A stretch of 64,000 nt of DNA from an uncultured Actinomycetes bacterium (GCA_964510455.1 CAZECO010000001.1:35693-99692), one strand, 5' to 3'; counted from the stretch's first letter, positions 9,469-18,374 are shown. The notes: generated by a model from the sequence alone, not told the origin. Program-made: numbers and translations.

Positions 9469-10620
9469 CTACCGCACCGCGATGCGGACCTCGGCGAAAC
9501 CCCCAGCCGGGTGCGTGGCGCGGACCGGTTCGCCCGCTGGGCGGAAGCCCGGTAAGGCCGCCAGCAGCGCGTCCAGCAGGATGCCCAGTTCCAGCCGCGA
9601 CAGGCCCTCGCCCGGGCAGGCGTGCGGGCCCCGGCCGTAGAGCAGGTTGCCGGCCGGATCGCGGTCCAGCCGGAACGTCGTCGGGTCGTCGAACGCCGTG
9701 GGGTCGCGCTGGGCCGCGGGCCAGAGGATGGTGATGGCAGCGTCGGCGGGGATCCGCCGGCCGGACACCCCGACCGGGCCTGTGGTGCGGCGCCGGTTGG
9801 CGATCAGCGGCGGCTCCAGGCGCAGGATCTCGTCCATCGCGGTCTGGCGCAGGTCCGGGCGGTCCCGCAGCAGGCCCTGGACGTCGGGGCGTCTGGCGAG
9901 GAACTCCACGATGATGCCGACCGCGGCGGAGATGGTCGCCAGTTCGCCGGCGGTCCAGTTGCGCACGATGCTGACCACCTCGGCGCTGTTCAGCGGCCTG
10001 CCGTCGATCCGCTCCGCGAGCAGGGCGTGGGTCAACGTGCGCGGCGCAGCGGCGTCCTGAGCGCGCGCCCGGTCCAGTTCGGCCACGATGATCGCGTCGA
10101 ACCGCGCCGCGACGCGGTCGAGTTCGGCCCGGTCGCGGGCGCGGGTGGCCCGCTGCGAGTCGGCCGCCCATTGCCGCAGGGCGTCGGCGACCGGTGCCGG
10201 CCAGCCCAGGTAGGCGCACTGCGACAGGGCGGCGTACGGCTCGCCCAGCGCCGCCATCACCTCCACCGGACCAGGGCTCAGGACCAGCGCGCCGACGAGG
10301 TCCGTGGCGATCCCCCGCAGTTGCGGGGCGAAACCCGCGACCCGGTCGGGGGTGAAGCACCGGTCCACGACGGCGCGGTAGGCGGAGTGCTCGGCGCCGT
10401 CCATCCCGTTGGGCACCGCGACGTGCACCGACACCCGGGAGCTGAACGTAGCCGGATCCTGCAGCGCGGCAAGGACGTCGGCGTGCCGCAGCAGCGACCA
10501 GCCATGAACCTCGCTGAAGGCCACCGGGCACCGCTGCCTCAGCGCGTCGTAGGCGGCGACCTGATCGCCCTCGACCGCGCCGGGGTCCCAGTCGCAATCC
10601 GGGCCGGCAAGGCTGTTCAC
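9469..10620 (-). CDS. cytochrome P450
   Basis: Heme-binding loop YGRGPHACPGEGLSR. I-helix AGELATISAAVG. EILRLEPP (ExxR). 383 aa. Confidence 0.9.
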   Translation of the reverse strand: MNSLAGPDCDWDPGAVEGDQVAAYDALRQRCPVAFSEVHGWSLLRHADVLAALQDPATFSSRVSVHVAVPNGMDGAEHSAYRAVVDRCFTPDRVAGFAPQLRGIATDLVGALVLSPGPVEVMAALGEPYAALSQCAYLGWPAPVADALRQWAADSQRATRARDRAELDRVAARFDAIIVAELDRARAQDAAAPRTLTHALLAERIDGRPLNSAEVVSIVRNWTAGELATISAAVGIIVEFLARRPDVQGLLRDRPDLRQTAMDEILRLEPPLIANRRRTTGPVGVSGRRIPADAAITILWPAAQRDPTAFDDPTTFRLDRDPAGNLLYGRGPHACPGEGLSRLELGILLDALLAALPGFRPAGEPVRATHPAGGFAEVRIAVR

Positions 10621-10885
10621 GGTGACCAGGGTAGGACTTGGCAGTACACGAGTTCCGCGATCGGGTCAGGTATCGCCCGCGGATGGACCGTCCACCACCT
10701 CGTGTGCGCCAGCCTCCATCCGCCGCCCTCATGCACGAGAACTGCAGAGATCCGCAGCCTGACCGACGGCCCGCCGCTGAAGTTGAAGTCCGGGTCGCCA
10801 ACGCCCAGCCGGTGTCCCCGTTCTCCCTGGCCAGCACTTCGCCGGTGTCTTGGAGGCTGATCGCGATGCCCGCGTAGGTGGTCAT
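10617..10885 (-). pseudogene. NTF2/SnoaL-like (DUF4440-type) fragment, apparently frameshifted and N-terminally short
   Basis: C-terminal part DPDFNFSGGPSVRLRISAVLVHEGGGWRLAHTRWW is in the frame of track ORF 10617..11033. The N-terminal part MTTYAGIAISLQDTGEVLARENGDTGWALA is in the frame of ORF 9377..10885. Confidence 0.4.
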
Positions 10886-11026
10886 CCACCTTGGTCCAGG
10901 TCATTCCGCGTCCTCCCCAGTCCCACGAGCTCCCGGAGTCTTGTGTCGCAGGACGGGCAGCACTCTCCCGAATCGTCGTCGATCCGGCCGCAGCCCGGGC
11001 ACACCCGTGGCAGCCAACAGGCCGGG

Positions 11027-11513
11027 TCACCACCCTGCTCGTTCAATGTGACCCCCGAACTGCGCCGTTACGTGGTTGGGTGCGGACCGCGAGACGTTGA
11101 CGGCGCACGCCCACGCTGCCTCGTCGAGGGCGACGGCTGCGGTAGTGAGGATGCCGTTCTGCTCCTTGTCGATGTGCCGGCGCAGCAGTTCTCGAGCTCC
11201 GGGACCTCTGCGTGGTCGCCATCGGCGACTCTGGCCAGGCGGGCGTCGATCTCCCGGTGCTCGGCGCACAGGCCGCCGACGTGGCCCCGCGCAGACCTCG
11301 CCGAGGCGCAGCTAGGCGAATCGGCACTGCTCATCGCCCCTCGTGTGCGGGTCGACCAGGGTCGAGCGCTCCTCGACGGCGCTTCACCGCCGCCGCACGG
11401 TCACCGTCGAGGGCGACCCGACGCAGGGCGCAGTGGCACTGATGATCGCCACGTGCTCGGTGGACAGCCGACCGATAATGGTGATGGCCCGGCAGCCGCA
11501 GTAGGAGCCCATG
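11027..11513 (-). pseudogene. hemerythrin-domain protein disrupted by frameshifts
   Basis: Three pieces in different reverse frames. Piece 1: MGSYCGCRAITIIGRLSTEHVAIISA (from 11513). Piece 2: HVGGLCAEHREIDARLARVADGDHAEVPEL (ORF 11068..11334). Piece 3: LLRRHIDKEQNGILTTAAVALDEAAWA (ORF 11027..11269). Confidence 0.5.
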
Positions 11514-11518
11514 GGAGA

Positions 11519-11854
11519 TCAGGCGCGCTGCAGCCGGATGTGCCAGGCCTGCGGACCGGTCTGCAGGTACTCCACCGCGACTCCTTCGGGGTAGCGGTCG
11601 CGGGCCTGCGCGAGCAGGGGCTTCGGATCGTGCGGGGCCACCAGGACCAGGGCGCCCCCGCTGGGCAGGGAGTCCAGAGCCCCGAAGATGGCGGCGTGCC
11701 GGATGGCGTGCGGGATTGCCCGAGCATCGAGCACCGGCGCGTCGTGGCCATGGGCCTCGCCACAGGTGCAGCCGGAGTGGGAGTGGGCCAGCGGCGGGGT
11801 GGGCAGGGGCTCGATCACGGTGGACTCCTCGGTGTTGGCTGGACTGTTCGACAA
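11519..11854 (-). CDS. DUF2249-like small protein
   Basis: PVLDARAIPHAIRHAAIFGALDSLPSGGALVLVAPHDPKPLLAQARDRYPEGVAVEYLQTGPQAWHIRLQR matches my memory of the DUF2249 pattern (RH...dHdPkPL...GP..W). Such genes usually sit next to hemerythrin/NnrS genes. Confidence 0.7.
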   Translation of the reverse strand: MSNSPANTEESTVIEPLPTPPLAHSHSGCTCGEAHGHDAPVLDARAIPHAIRHAAIFGALDSLPSGGALVLVAPHDPKPLLAQARDRYPEGVAVEYLQTGPQAWHIRLQRA

Positions 11855-11862
11855 ATACTACA

Positions 11863-12585
11863 GTGGGTTCTGTGGAAAATCACGGCCCTCGTCCGGTACG
11901 GCACGACGACGCCCCGGCGCTGTCTGCTGCCCGTGCCCGGGTCCTGGAGTTCCTCCAGTCCCAGGACGGTCCGGTCGGTGCCGAGCAGGTTGCCGGGGTG
12001 TTCGGCCAGCATGTGAACACCGTGCGCGGGCATCTCGACGCGCTCGTCGACGACGGCCTGGCCCTGCGCCGCCGGCAGGGCACCTCCGGTCGCGGCCGAC
12101 CCGCGTGGTACTACCGGGCCAACCCGCAGAACCCGGAGCCCGACGCGCGGGTCCGCGAGTACGGGGCGCTGGCCGGAGCACTTGCAGCGCACCTGATCCG
12201 GACGAGCCCAGCCCCCGCCGACGAGGCCCGGGTCGCGGGCGTCGAGTGGGGCCGCCGGATCGCCCAGGAAAGGGATCGCCAGCGGGCCTCTGCCGCGGAA
12301 GGAGCCACCACCCGCGCCCGCCAGGAGGTTCTGGCCATCCTCGACGACCTCGGGTTCGCCCCGCAGGAGTCCCCCGGCTGCGACATCGTGCGGTTGCGCC
12401 GGTGCCCCCTGCTGGACGTCGCACGCCGGTACCCCGAGGTCATCTGCCAGGTGCACCAGGGGCTGATCTCAGGTGCGCTCACTGAGCTCGGAGGCGACGA
12501 CGCGGGCGTGGACCTGCTGCCGTTCGCCGAGTCGGACGCCTGCCAGCTGGTCCTGCCCCACGCCTCCTCGCCGGAGCTGTCATGA
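11863..12585 (+). CDS. winged-HTH transcriptional regulator (ArsR-like N-terminal domain)
   Basis: Track ORF 11716..12585 trimmed to GTG 11863 (or 11872). SAARARVLEFLQSQDGPVGAEQVAGVFGQHVNTVRGHLDALVDDGL. Stop overlaps the next gene (ATGA at 12582-12585). Confidence 0.75.
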   Translation: MGSVENHGPRPVRHDDAPALSAARARVLEFLQSQDGPVGAEQVAGVFGQHVNTVRGHLDALVDDGLALRRRQGTSGRGRPAWYYRANPQNPEPDARVREYGALAGALAAHLIRTSPAPADEARVAGVEWGRRIAQERDRQRASAAEGATTRARQEVLAILDDLGFAPQESPGCDIVRLRRCPLLDVARRYPEVICQVHQGLISGALTELGGDDAGVDLLPFAESDACQLVLPHASSPELS

Positions 12586-13730
12586 CCACCACCGATGTGG
12601 ATGCGGAGCAGCCCCGGCAAACCTCGCGCCGCGCACCGGCGCCCCGCCCGGCGCCCCGCCCGGCGCCCCGCCCGGCGCCCCGGGGCAGGCTGGTGCTGCT
12701 GCTCGGCGGCGGGGTCGCCATGCTCCTGGGGCTGGACGCGGGACTGCTGCTGCTCGGCCTGCCAGCACCGGTGACGACCGAGCGCCTGCCCGAGGTCCAC
12801 GGGCAGCTGATGCTCATCGGCTTCCTCGGCACCGTGATCGCCCTGGAGCGGGCCGTGGCGCTGCACCGGCCCTGGGGTTTCAGCGCGCCCCTGGCCACCG
12901 GGTTCGGCTCCCTGCTGCTGCTCACCGCGCTGCCCGTGGCGGTCGGGCAGGTCGTCCAGCTGATCGGGCTCACCGTGCTGGTCGGGATCTACGGTGCACT
13001 GTGGCGGCGGGCGGCGTCCACGGCAGTCGCGATCCAGTGGCTGGGCGCCTTCCTGGCCGTCGGTGGGATGCTGCTGTGGACCGCCGGCGTCGCCACCGGC
13101 GCCCTGTTCCCCTGGCTGGCCGGCTTCCTCGCGCTGACGATCGCCGGCGAGCGCCTCGAGCTGGCCCGTGTGGCTGCCCCGGGACCGGGTGCGCAGGCCG
13201 GCCTGCTGGGGATCAGCGCCGCAGTCGCGATCGGGTCGGCCGCGGCCCTGCTCTGGCCCACGCCCGGGACCGAGGGTTTCGGCCTGGCCCTGCTGGCCCT
13301 CGTCGGGTGGCTGCTGCGCCACGACGTAGCCACCCGCACGGTGCGATCGGTGGGACTGCCCCGGTACTCGGCGGTCAACCTGCTGCTGGGGATGGTCTGG
13401 CTGGCGGTCGCCGGCGCGGCCTGGGTGGTGCTCGGCCCGCAGATCGACGGCCCCGGCTACGACCTGGTGGTCCACGCGGTGGCCCTGGGGTTCGCCATGT
13501 CCATGGTGCTCGCGCACGCCCCGATCATCCTGCCCGCGGTCCTGGTCCGGCCGCTGCCCTACCGACCGGTGCTGTACGCCGCGACCCTGGCGCTGCAGCT
13601 CTCGCTGATCCTGCGGGTCGCTGGTGACGTCCGCGGGGTCGCGTGGGCCTGGCAGGTCGGCGGGGCGGGCAACGTCCTGGCGCTCCTGGGCTTCGCGGCC
13701 CTGTCGGCCGTCCTGGTCGTGCGCCGATGA
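12582..13730 (+). CDS. polytopic membrane protein, NnrS-like
   Basis: 382 aa with about 10-12 hydrophobic helices. Conserved-looking His residues (EVHGQLMLIGF, VVHAVALGFAMSMVLAHAPII). Translationally coupled to the regulator and to the NirK fusion. Family call from memory. Confidence 0.6.
   Translation: MTTTDVDAEQPRQTSRRAPAPRPAPRPAPRPAPRGRLVLLLGGGVAMLLGLDAGLLLLGLPAPVTTERLPEVHGQLMLIGFLGTVIALERAVALHRPWGFSAPLATGFGSLLLLTALPVAVGQVVQLIGLTVLVGIYGALWRRAASTAVAIQWLGAFLAVGGMLLWTAGVATGALFPWLAGFLALTIAGERLELARVAAPGPGAQAGLLGISAAVAIGSAAALLWPTPGTEGFGLALLALVGWLLRHDVATRTVRSVGLPRYSAVNLLLGMVWLAVAGAAWVVLGPQIDGPGYDLVVHAVALGFAMSMVLAHAPIILPAVLVRPLPYRPVLYAATLALQLSLILRVAGDVRGVAWAWQVGGAGNVLALLGFAALSAVLVVRR
12638..12682 (+). 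repeat. 12-bp tandem repeat GGCGCCCCGCCC x3.75 inside the NnrS-like gene (encodes APRPAPRPAPRPAPR)
   Basis: Read directly: copies start at 12638, 12650 and 12662, with a partial copy at 12674. Confidence 0.9.
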
Positions 13731-16351
13731 ACCGGTCCGCCTGGCACGCCCGCACCTCCGCCGTCGTGCTGTCCTGGCTGGCCGCCGCCGCGCTCGTGGC
13801 GCTGGCGCATCGGCAGGTCCCCGCCTCGGCCTGGCTGATGGTGCACCTGCTGATGCTGGGCGCGGTCACCAACGCCCTGGTCATCTGGAGCTGGCATTTC
13901 ACGGTCGCGGTGCTGCGGGCCCCGCCGGCCCGGTCCCGCCGAGGTGAGGCCCTGCGCCTGGCCGGGGTCAACTGCGGTGCGCTCGCGGTCGTCGCGGGGG
14001 TGCTGCTCGACGCCGCCCCCGCCGTGGCCGCTGGCGCCGTGGTCCTGGCCGGCGCCGTGCTCAGCCATGTCGCGGCCCTGCTCACGATGATGCGCCGGAC
14101 CCTGCCCAGCCGGTTCGCGATCACGGTGCGCGCCTACGTCGCCGCAGGGCTCCTGCTGATCCCGGGCGTCGCCCTGGGGGTGGCCCTCGCTGAAGGGTCG
14201 CTGGCTCCCGCCCGGCACAGCGAGCTGCTGCTGGCCCATGTGTCGGTGAACCTGATGGGCTGGGTCGGGCTGCCCATCATGGGGACACTGGTGACGCTGT
14301 GGCCCACAATGCTGCGCACCCGGCTGGCACCCGGAGCTGAGCGATACGCGCGGCGGGCGCTGCCGGCTTTCGTTCTGGGCACCGTGGTCACCGCCGCGGG
14401 CGTCCTGGCCTCGGCCCACCTGCTCGCGGTCGCCGGGATCGCCGCGTACCTGGTCGGAGTCGCCTGGACGATCGGCCCCATGGCGGTGGCGGTGCGCCAA
14501 CGCCCGCCCGCATCGTTCCCCGCCTGGTCGACGCTGGCGGGGGTCGGATGGATCGTGCTGTCGCTGGCGTCCTTCGCCCTGGTGCTCGCGCTGAACCCGG
14601 ACGCGGAGACGGCGACCCAGAGCATGGGGACGTTGACGGCCGCGGTGGTCGTGGGGGGAGTCCTGCAGGTGCTCCTGGGCGCCCTGAGCCACCTGTTGCC
14701 GGTCATGGCCGGTGGGGGGCCCGCAGCGATGCGTCGGCGAATCGCCCACGTCGATCGGGGACTCGGCCTGCGCCTGGTGACCGTGAACCTCGGGCTGGCT
14801 GTGTGCGTGCTGCCGAGCCCGAGCGCCGTCCGGGTGCTGGCCTCCGTGGCCGTGCTCGCAGCGCTGGTCGGCACAGGTGTTCTCCTCGTCACCGGAACCC
14901 GCGGCGCCGCACCCGGAGCAGACCCGGGAGCCCCGGAAGGCGCCGTTGCCGCCGCACCGGGCCCGGGCCGGCACGCCCACGGCATCGCGCTCGGGCTAGC
15001 CGTCATCCTGCTCGCCGTGGCCGGCGGGGCGGCCGTCGACCCGGCGGCCCTGGGAGGTGCTGCGGCCACGGCCGAGCCGGCCTCCGCGGGAGTTGCGGCC
15101 ACCGGCGAGGTCACCCGCGTCACGGTCACCATCCAGGGGATGCGCTTCACCCCGGACACGCTGCGGGTGCCCGCCGGGGACTCCCTGCAGATCACCGTGG
15201 TCAACAGCGGCGACGACGTGCACGACCTCGTCCTGGAGACCGGCGAGCGCACGCCGCGGCTCTCCCCGGGGCAGTCGGCGACCGTGGAGATCCCCGTCGT
15301 GGGCCGTGACCTGGCCGGATGGTGCTCGATCGCCGGTCACCGCCAGATGGGCATGGTCCTGGTCATCGAGGTCGACGGTGCCGGCGACACCACCGCCGGG
15401 CTCGGGACCCCCGGGGAGCACTCGGGCCACACCGACCACGGCGAGGGCGTCGAGGACACCGACGCCGCTGAGCACCCCGCGCCGGACCTGATGGCGCAGC
15501 CCGGTCCCGGGTTCAGAGCCTACGACGCGCGCCTGGCGCCGGCATCCACCAGCCGCACCCACCGGGTCCGCCTGGTCGTGACCGAGACGCAGGCCGAGGT
15601 GGCCCCGGGTGTCCGCCAGACCCGATGGACCTTCGGCGGGACCGCACCTGGACCCGTCCTGCGCGGGCGGGTCGGCGACACGTTCCTGGTCACCCTGGTC
15701 AACGACGGCTCCATCGGGCACTCGATCGACTTCCACGCCGGCGCCCTGGCCCCGGACCGCCCAATGCGCACCATCGCCCCCGGGGAGGAGCTGCTCTACC
15801 AGTTCACCGCCACCAGGGCGGGCATCTGGATGTACCACTGCTCGACGATGCCGATGTCCATGCACATCGCCAACGGCATGTTCGGGGCGGTGATTATCGA
15901 CCCACCCGACCTCGCCCCGGTCGACGAGGAGTTCGTCCTCGTGCAGTCCGAGTCCTCCCTCGGACCCCAGGGCGGCACCGCCGATGCCGACGCCATCGCT
16001 GCGGGTGAGCACGACCTGGTCAGCTTCAACGGCTACCCCATGCAGTACCGGCACCAGCCCCTGACCGTCGGGGTGGGCGACCGGGTGCGGATCTGGGTCC
16101 TGGCAGCCGGACCAAACGTCGGCTCAGCGTTCCACGTCGTCGGAGGCCAGTTCGACACCGTGTACCGGGAGGGCGCCTCCGACCTGACCCCCGGTGCCGG
16201 TGGCTCCCAGGTCCTCGGGCTGTTCCCCGCGCAGGGCGGCTTCGTCGAGCTCAGCCTCCCCGAGGCCGGCAGTTACCCCTTCGTCTCCCACGTCATGTCC
16301 GACGCCGAGCGCGGCGCCACAGGGATCCTGCAGGCCGTGGCCGCCCCCTGA
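13727..16351 (+). CDS. nirK: copper nitrite reductase (NirK-type) fused to an N-terminal polytopic membrane domain and a cupredoxin domain
   Basis: Track ORF 13643..16351 trimmed to MNRSAWH (ATG 13727, ATGA overlap). Cupredoxin ligands: DVHDL...WCSIAGHRQMGM. NirK motifs: GHSIDFHAG (type 2 Cu) and WMYHCSTMPMSMHIANGMFG (type 1 Cu, C..H..M). About 420 aa of TM helices come first. Confidence 0.85.
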   Translation: MNRSAWHARTSAVVLSWLAAAALVALAHRQVPASAWLMVHLLMLGAVTNALVIWSWHFTVAVLRAPPARSRRGEALRLAGVNCGALAVVAGVLLDAAPAVAAGAVVLAGAVLSHVAALLTMMRRTLPSRFAITVRAYVAAGLLLIPGVALGVALAEGSLAPARHSELLLAHVSVNLMGWVGLPIMGTLVTLWPTMLRTRLAPGAERYARRALPAFVLGTVVTAAGVLASAHLLAVAGIAAYLVGVAWTIGPMAVAVRQRPPASFPAWSTLAGVGWIVLSLASFALVLALNPDAETATQSMGTLTAAVVVGGVLQVLLGALSHLLPVMAGGGPAAMRRRIAHVDRGLGLRLVTVNLGLAVCVLPSPSAVRVLASVAVLAALVGTGVLLVTGTRGAAPGADPGAPEGAVAAAPGPGRHAHGIALGLAVILLAVAGGAAVDPAALGGAAATAEPASAGVAATGEVTRVTVTIQGMRFTPDTLRVPAGDSLQITVVNSGDDVHDLVLETGERTPRLSPGQSATVEIPVVGRDLAGWCSIAGHRQMGMVLVIEVDGAGDTTAGLGTPGEHSGHTDHGEGVEDTDAAEHPAPDLMAQPGPGFRAYDARLAPASTSRTHRVRLVVTETQAEVAPGVRQTRWTFGGTAPGPVLRGRVGDTFLVTLVNDGSIGHSIDFHAGALAPDRPMRTIAPGEELLYQFTATRAGIWMYHCSTMPMSMHIANGMFGAVIIDPPDLAPVDEEFVLVQSESSLGPQGGTADADAIAAGEHDLVSFNGYPMQYRHQPLTVGVGDRVRIWVLAAGPNVGSAFHVVGGQFDTVYREGASDLTPGAGGSQVLGLFPAQGGFVELSLPEAGSYPFVSHVMSDAERGATGILQAVAAP

Positions 16352-16390
16352 CCTGGCGGTCCTGCGACGCTCGAAGGGACCGGAACCTGG

Positions 16391-16416
16391 CCGGGTCGGA
16401 TTGACCGGACCCTTTT
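16391..16416 (+). terminator. possible intrinsic terminator after the nirK operon
   Basis: GGGTCGG-attga-CCGGACCC (one bulge) followed by TTTT, 40 nt after the stop codon. Confidence 0.4.
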
Positions 16417-16566
16417 GGGCGATGTGATGCGTGACCCATACCGGGCGAAGTGACGCGTTGTGGGCGGTAGCCACAGGCCCCACTGACCGGGTCGCCCAAC
16501 GCATCCCGAGATTTCGTTGTGCCCCGCGCTTCTCATGGTCCCCACACCCGGCATAGCCTGTCCCTC

Positions 16567-17367
16567 ATGGAAGACGCCGGCGCGGTGAGCGCAGCGAGGA
16601 TCATCTCCGCGAACGAGCTCGCCTGGCTGCGGTGGCGAAGCGCAGCCAAGGACAGCCCGGTGCCGCAATGGATGCGCAGCCGGGGACTGGATCCCGGCGC
16701 CGCAACTGCGGCCGGCTGGCAGTTGGGCTGGGCCGGGCCCGAGTGGCGCGGCACCGCAGACCTGCTTGAGCGGCACGGGGTCCCGCTAGCGGTGGGCGCG
16801 GCGGCGGGGCTGGTGCGGCGGGCCCCCAGCGGACGCGTCTACGACGTCTTCCGTGGGCGGGTCGTGCTTCCGGTCCGGCATCTCGTCGACGGACGGATAG
16901 CCGGGTTCACCGCTCGGTCCGCCGTGTCCGACCCGGCTGTGCCGAAGTACCTCAACTCCCCCGCCAGCGCGGCGTACAGGAAAGGCTCGCTGCTGTTCGG
17001 GGCGTGGGAGGCGCGGCAGCGGCGCCGGGCGGACCCCGGTTCGGTGGCTGCGCTCGTGCTGTGCGAGGGGCCGCTCGACGCCCTCAATGTCAGCAGCTGC
17101 GGCCCTTGGGCGGGGGTCGCGGCGTGCGGCACCGCCCTGTCCACCGACCAGGCGGAGTGGTTGGCGGCGCTGAGCAACGGCCTCGATGTGCCGCTGGTGC
17201 TCGCCTACGACGGCGACGAGGCCGGAAGGCGGGCGGAGGTCCGGGCGTGGGACCTGCTGAAGCCGGCCATGACCCGGCAGCTGCGGGTCGCCGACATCCC
17301 CGAGGGCAGGGACCCGGGCGACCTCGACTGCGACGCCCTCACCGCCGCCATCGGGCCCCTGCGGTGA
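16567..17367 (+). CDS. toprim-domain (DnaG-like) protein lacking a zinc finger
   Basis: Track ORF 16519..17367 trimmed to MEDAGAV. Toprim motifs LVLCEGPLDALNV and VLAYDGDEAGRRA. KYLNSPASAAYRKGSLLFG resembles the DnaG RNA-polymerase-domain motif. Confidence 0.75.
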   Translation: MEDAGAVSAARIISANELAWLRWRSAAKDSPVPQWMRSRGLDPGAATAAGWQLGWAGPEWRGTADLLERHGVPLAVGAAAGLVRRAPSGRVYDVFRGRVVLPVRHLVDGRIAGFTARSAVSDPAVPKYLNSPASAAYRKGSLLFGAWEARQRRRADPGSVAALVLCEGPLDALNVSSCGPWAGVAACGTALSTDQAEWLAALSNGLDVPLVLAYDGDEAGRRAEVRAWDLLKPAMTRQLRVADIPEGRDPGDLDCDALTAAIGPLR

Positions 17368-17410
17368 CCCGCGGGGCTGCGACACGGCAAGGTCCTAGAC
17401 TCATACTGGT

Positions 17411-17448
17411 CGGCCGGGCGGCCGTCACCCCCGTCGGACGCCCGGCCG
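17411..17448. terminator. GC-rich hairpin between convergent genes
   Basis: CGGCCGGGCG (17411-17420) pairs with CGCCCGGCCG (17439-17448). Further imperfect pairing lies inside the loop. Confidence 0.4.
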
Positions 17449-17489
17449 CCGCCAGCCATCGCTGGCGGACTGTGCGGCCAGTCCTGCCG

Positions 17490-17993
17490 TCAGGGTCGAG
17501 GCGGCTGCGGGTCGTCGGGCTCCACCGCTGCCTCCGCTGCCGTTTCGGCTGGACTGGCGGGATCGTAGGCGCCCACCGGAGGGCAGGCGCTGACGTGCCA
17601 CTCAACCGAAGCGTCCGCGAACGGGCGTGGGCCGTCGATGACTGCGCGGATGTCGTCCAGGCTCCCCGACACGCAGCGGATGCACTCCAGCACCCGCCGC
17701 GGCGGCCGCCCGTCGCCCAGCTGCAACTCGAAGGCCAGGATGTCGAGGGCCTCACCGGCCTCCCCCACCAGGTCGTCCAGTTCGGTGACGGCCTTCGCGT
17801 CAAAGCTGCCGCCGGCGTACGCAGCTGCCAGCGCCGCGTCGCCTGCTGCGCCGGCCGCCGATGCCACCGCATCGCGGGCGATGTCGCCCAGGGCGCGGGA
17901 GTCGATCGCCTCGAGGCACGCCCGCAGGTGCTGTGCCGTGCCCTCCAGCCGGCGCAGAGCGCGGCCCAGGCGCAACTCAGCGGTGCGGTCCAT
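17490..17993 (-). CDS. hypothetical protein (acidic, helical)
   Basis: Track ORF 17490..18434 trimmed to MDRTAELRLGRALRRLEG (ATG 17993). The longer start MSTAQNF (18107) would overlap the divergent gene. High GC3. Confidence 0.5.
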   Translation of the reverse strand: MDRTAELRLGRALRRLEGTAQHLRACLEAIDSRALGDIARDAVASAAGAAGDAALAAAYAGGSFDAKAVTELDDLVGEAGEALDILAFELQLGDGRPPRRVLECIRCVSGSLDDIRAVIDGPRPFADASVEWHVSACPPVGAYDPASPAETAAEAAVEPDDPQPPRP

Positions 17994-18113
17994 GCTCACG
18001 GGCCGAACATACCGGCAGGCTGCGGCTGTGGTGGACAGGTCCGGCACACATACTTCGGCGCAGATCGGCGTGTCGCGGACTTTCAGAAAGTTCTGCGCGG
18101 TAGACATGCCCCC

Positions 18114-18374
18114 ATGGCCAATGCACAGATGGGCAGACCTCATAAGGGAGATCGAGTCCTCGTCGCCTCGGCGCGGTTCCCCCGTGTCGTGTTCGAGCGG
18201 ATCGACGCGGACGCCAAGCGGCTCGGGGTTCCCAGAAGCGACGTCATGGTCCATGTGGCGTGCGCCTTCTACGGGATCGATGAGCAGGATCCGGTTCTGG
18301 CGGTAGAGGCGGCCGCGCAGCAGCAGTTGAAGATCGGAGGCGACGACCCCGCAAGCCCTACCCGGGCCGCGTAG
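18114..18374 (+). CDS. small ribbon-helix-helix-like DNA-binding protein
   Basis: Tail of track ORF 17004..18374 from MANAQMGRPHKGDRVLVASARFPRVVFERIDADAKRLGVPRSDVMVHVACAFYGI. This is a typical RHH layout (beta strand, then two helices). Confidence 0.55.
   Translation: MANAQMGRPHKGDRVLVASARFPRVVFERIDADAKRLGVPRSDVMVHVACAFYGIDEQDPVLAVEAAAQQQLKIGGDDPASPTRAA

Noticed and set aside
9229-9470. Short + strand ORFs between rSAM and P450 as possible RiPP precursors
   Set aside because: They read as frameshifted fragments of a repeat protein (YLLLLKERNGTVYLHRMNDDGSVG / LLSRSNGAVRIHGL) on the opposite strand to the enzymes, so this is a decayed gene rather than precursors.
12111-14980. Two long reverse-strand ORFs (12111..13517 and 13559..14980), rich in Gly/Arg/Gln/Pro/His
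   Set aside because: Antisense to the NnrS-like and NirK genes, whose forward translations carry clear TM helices and Cu-site motifs.
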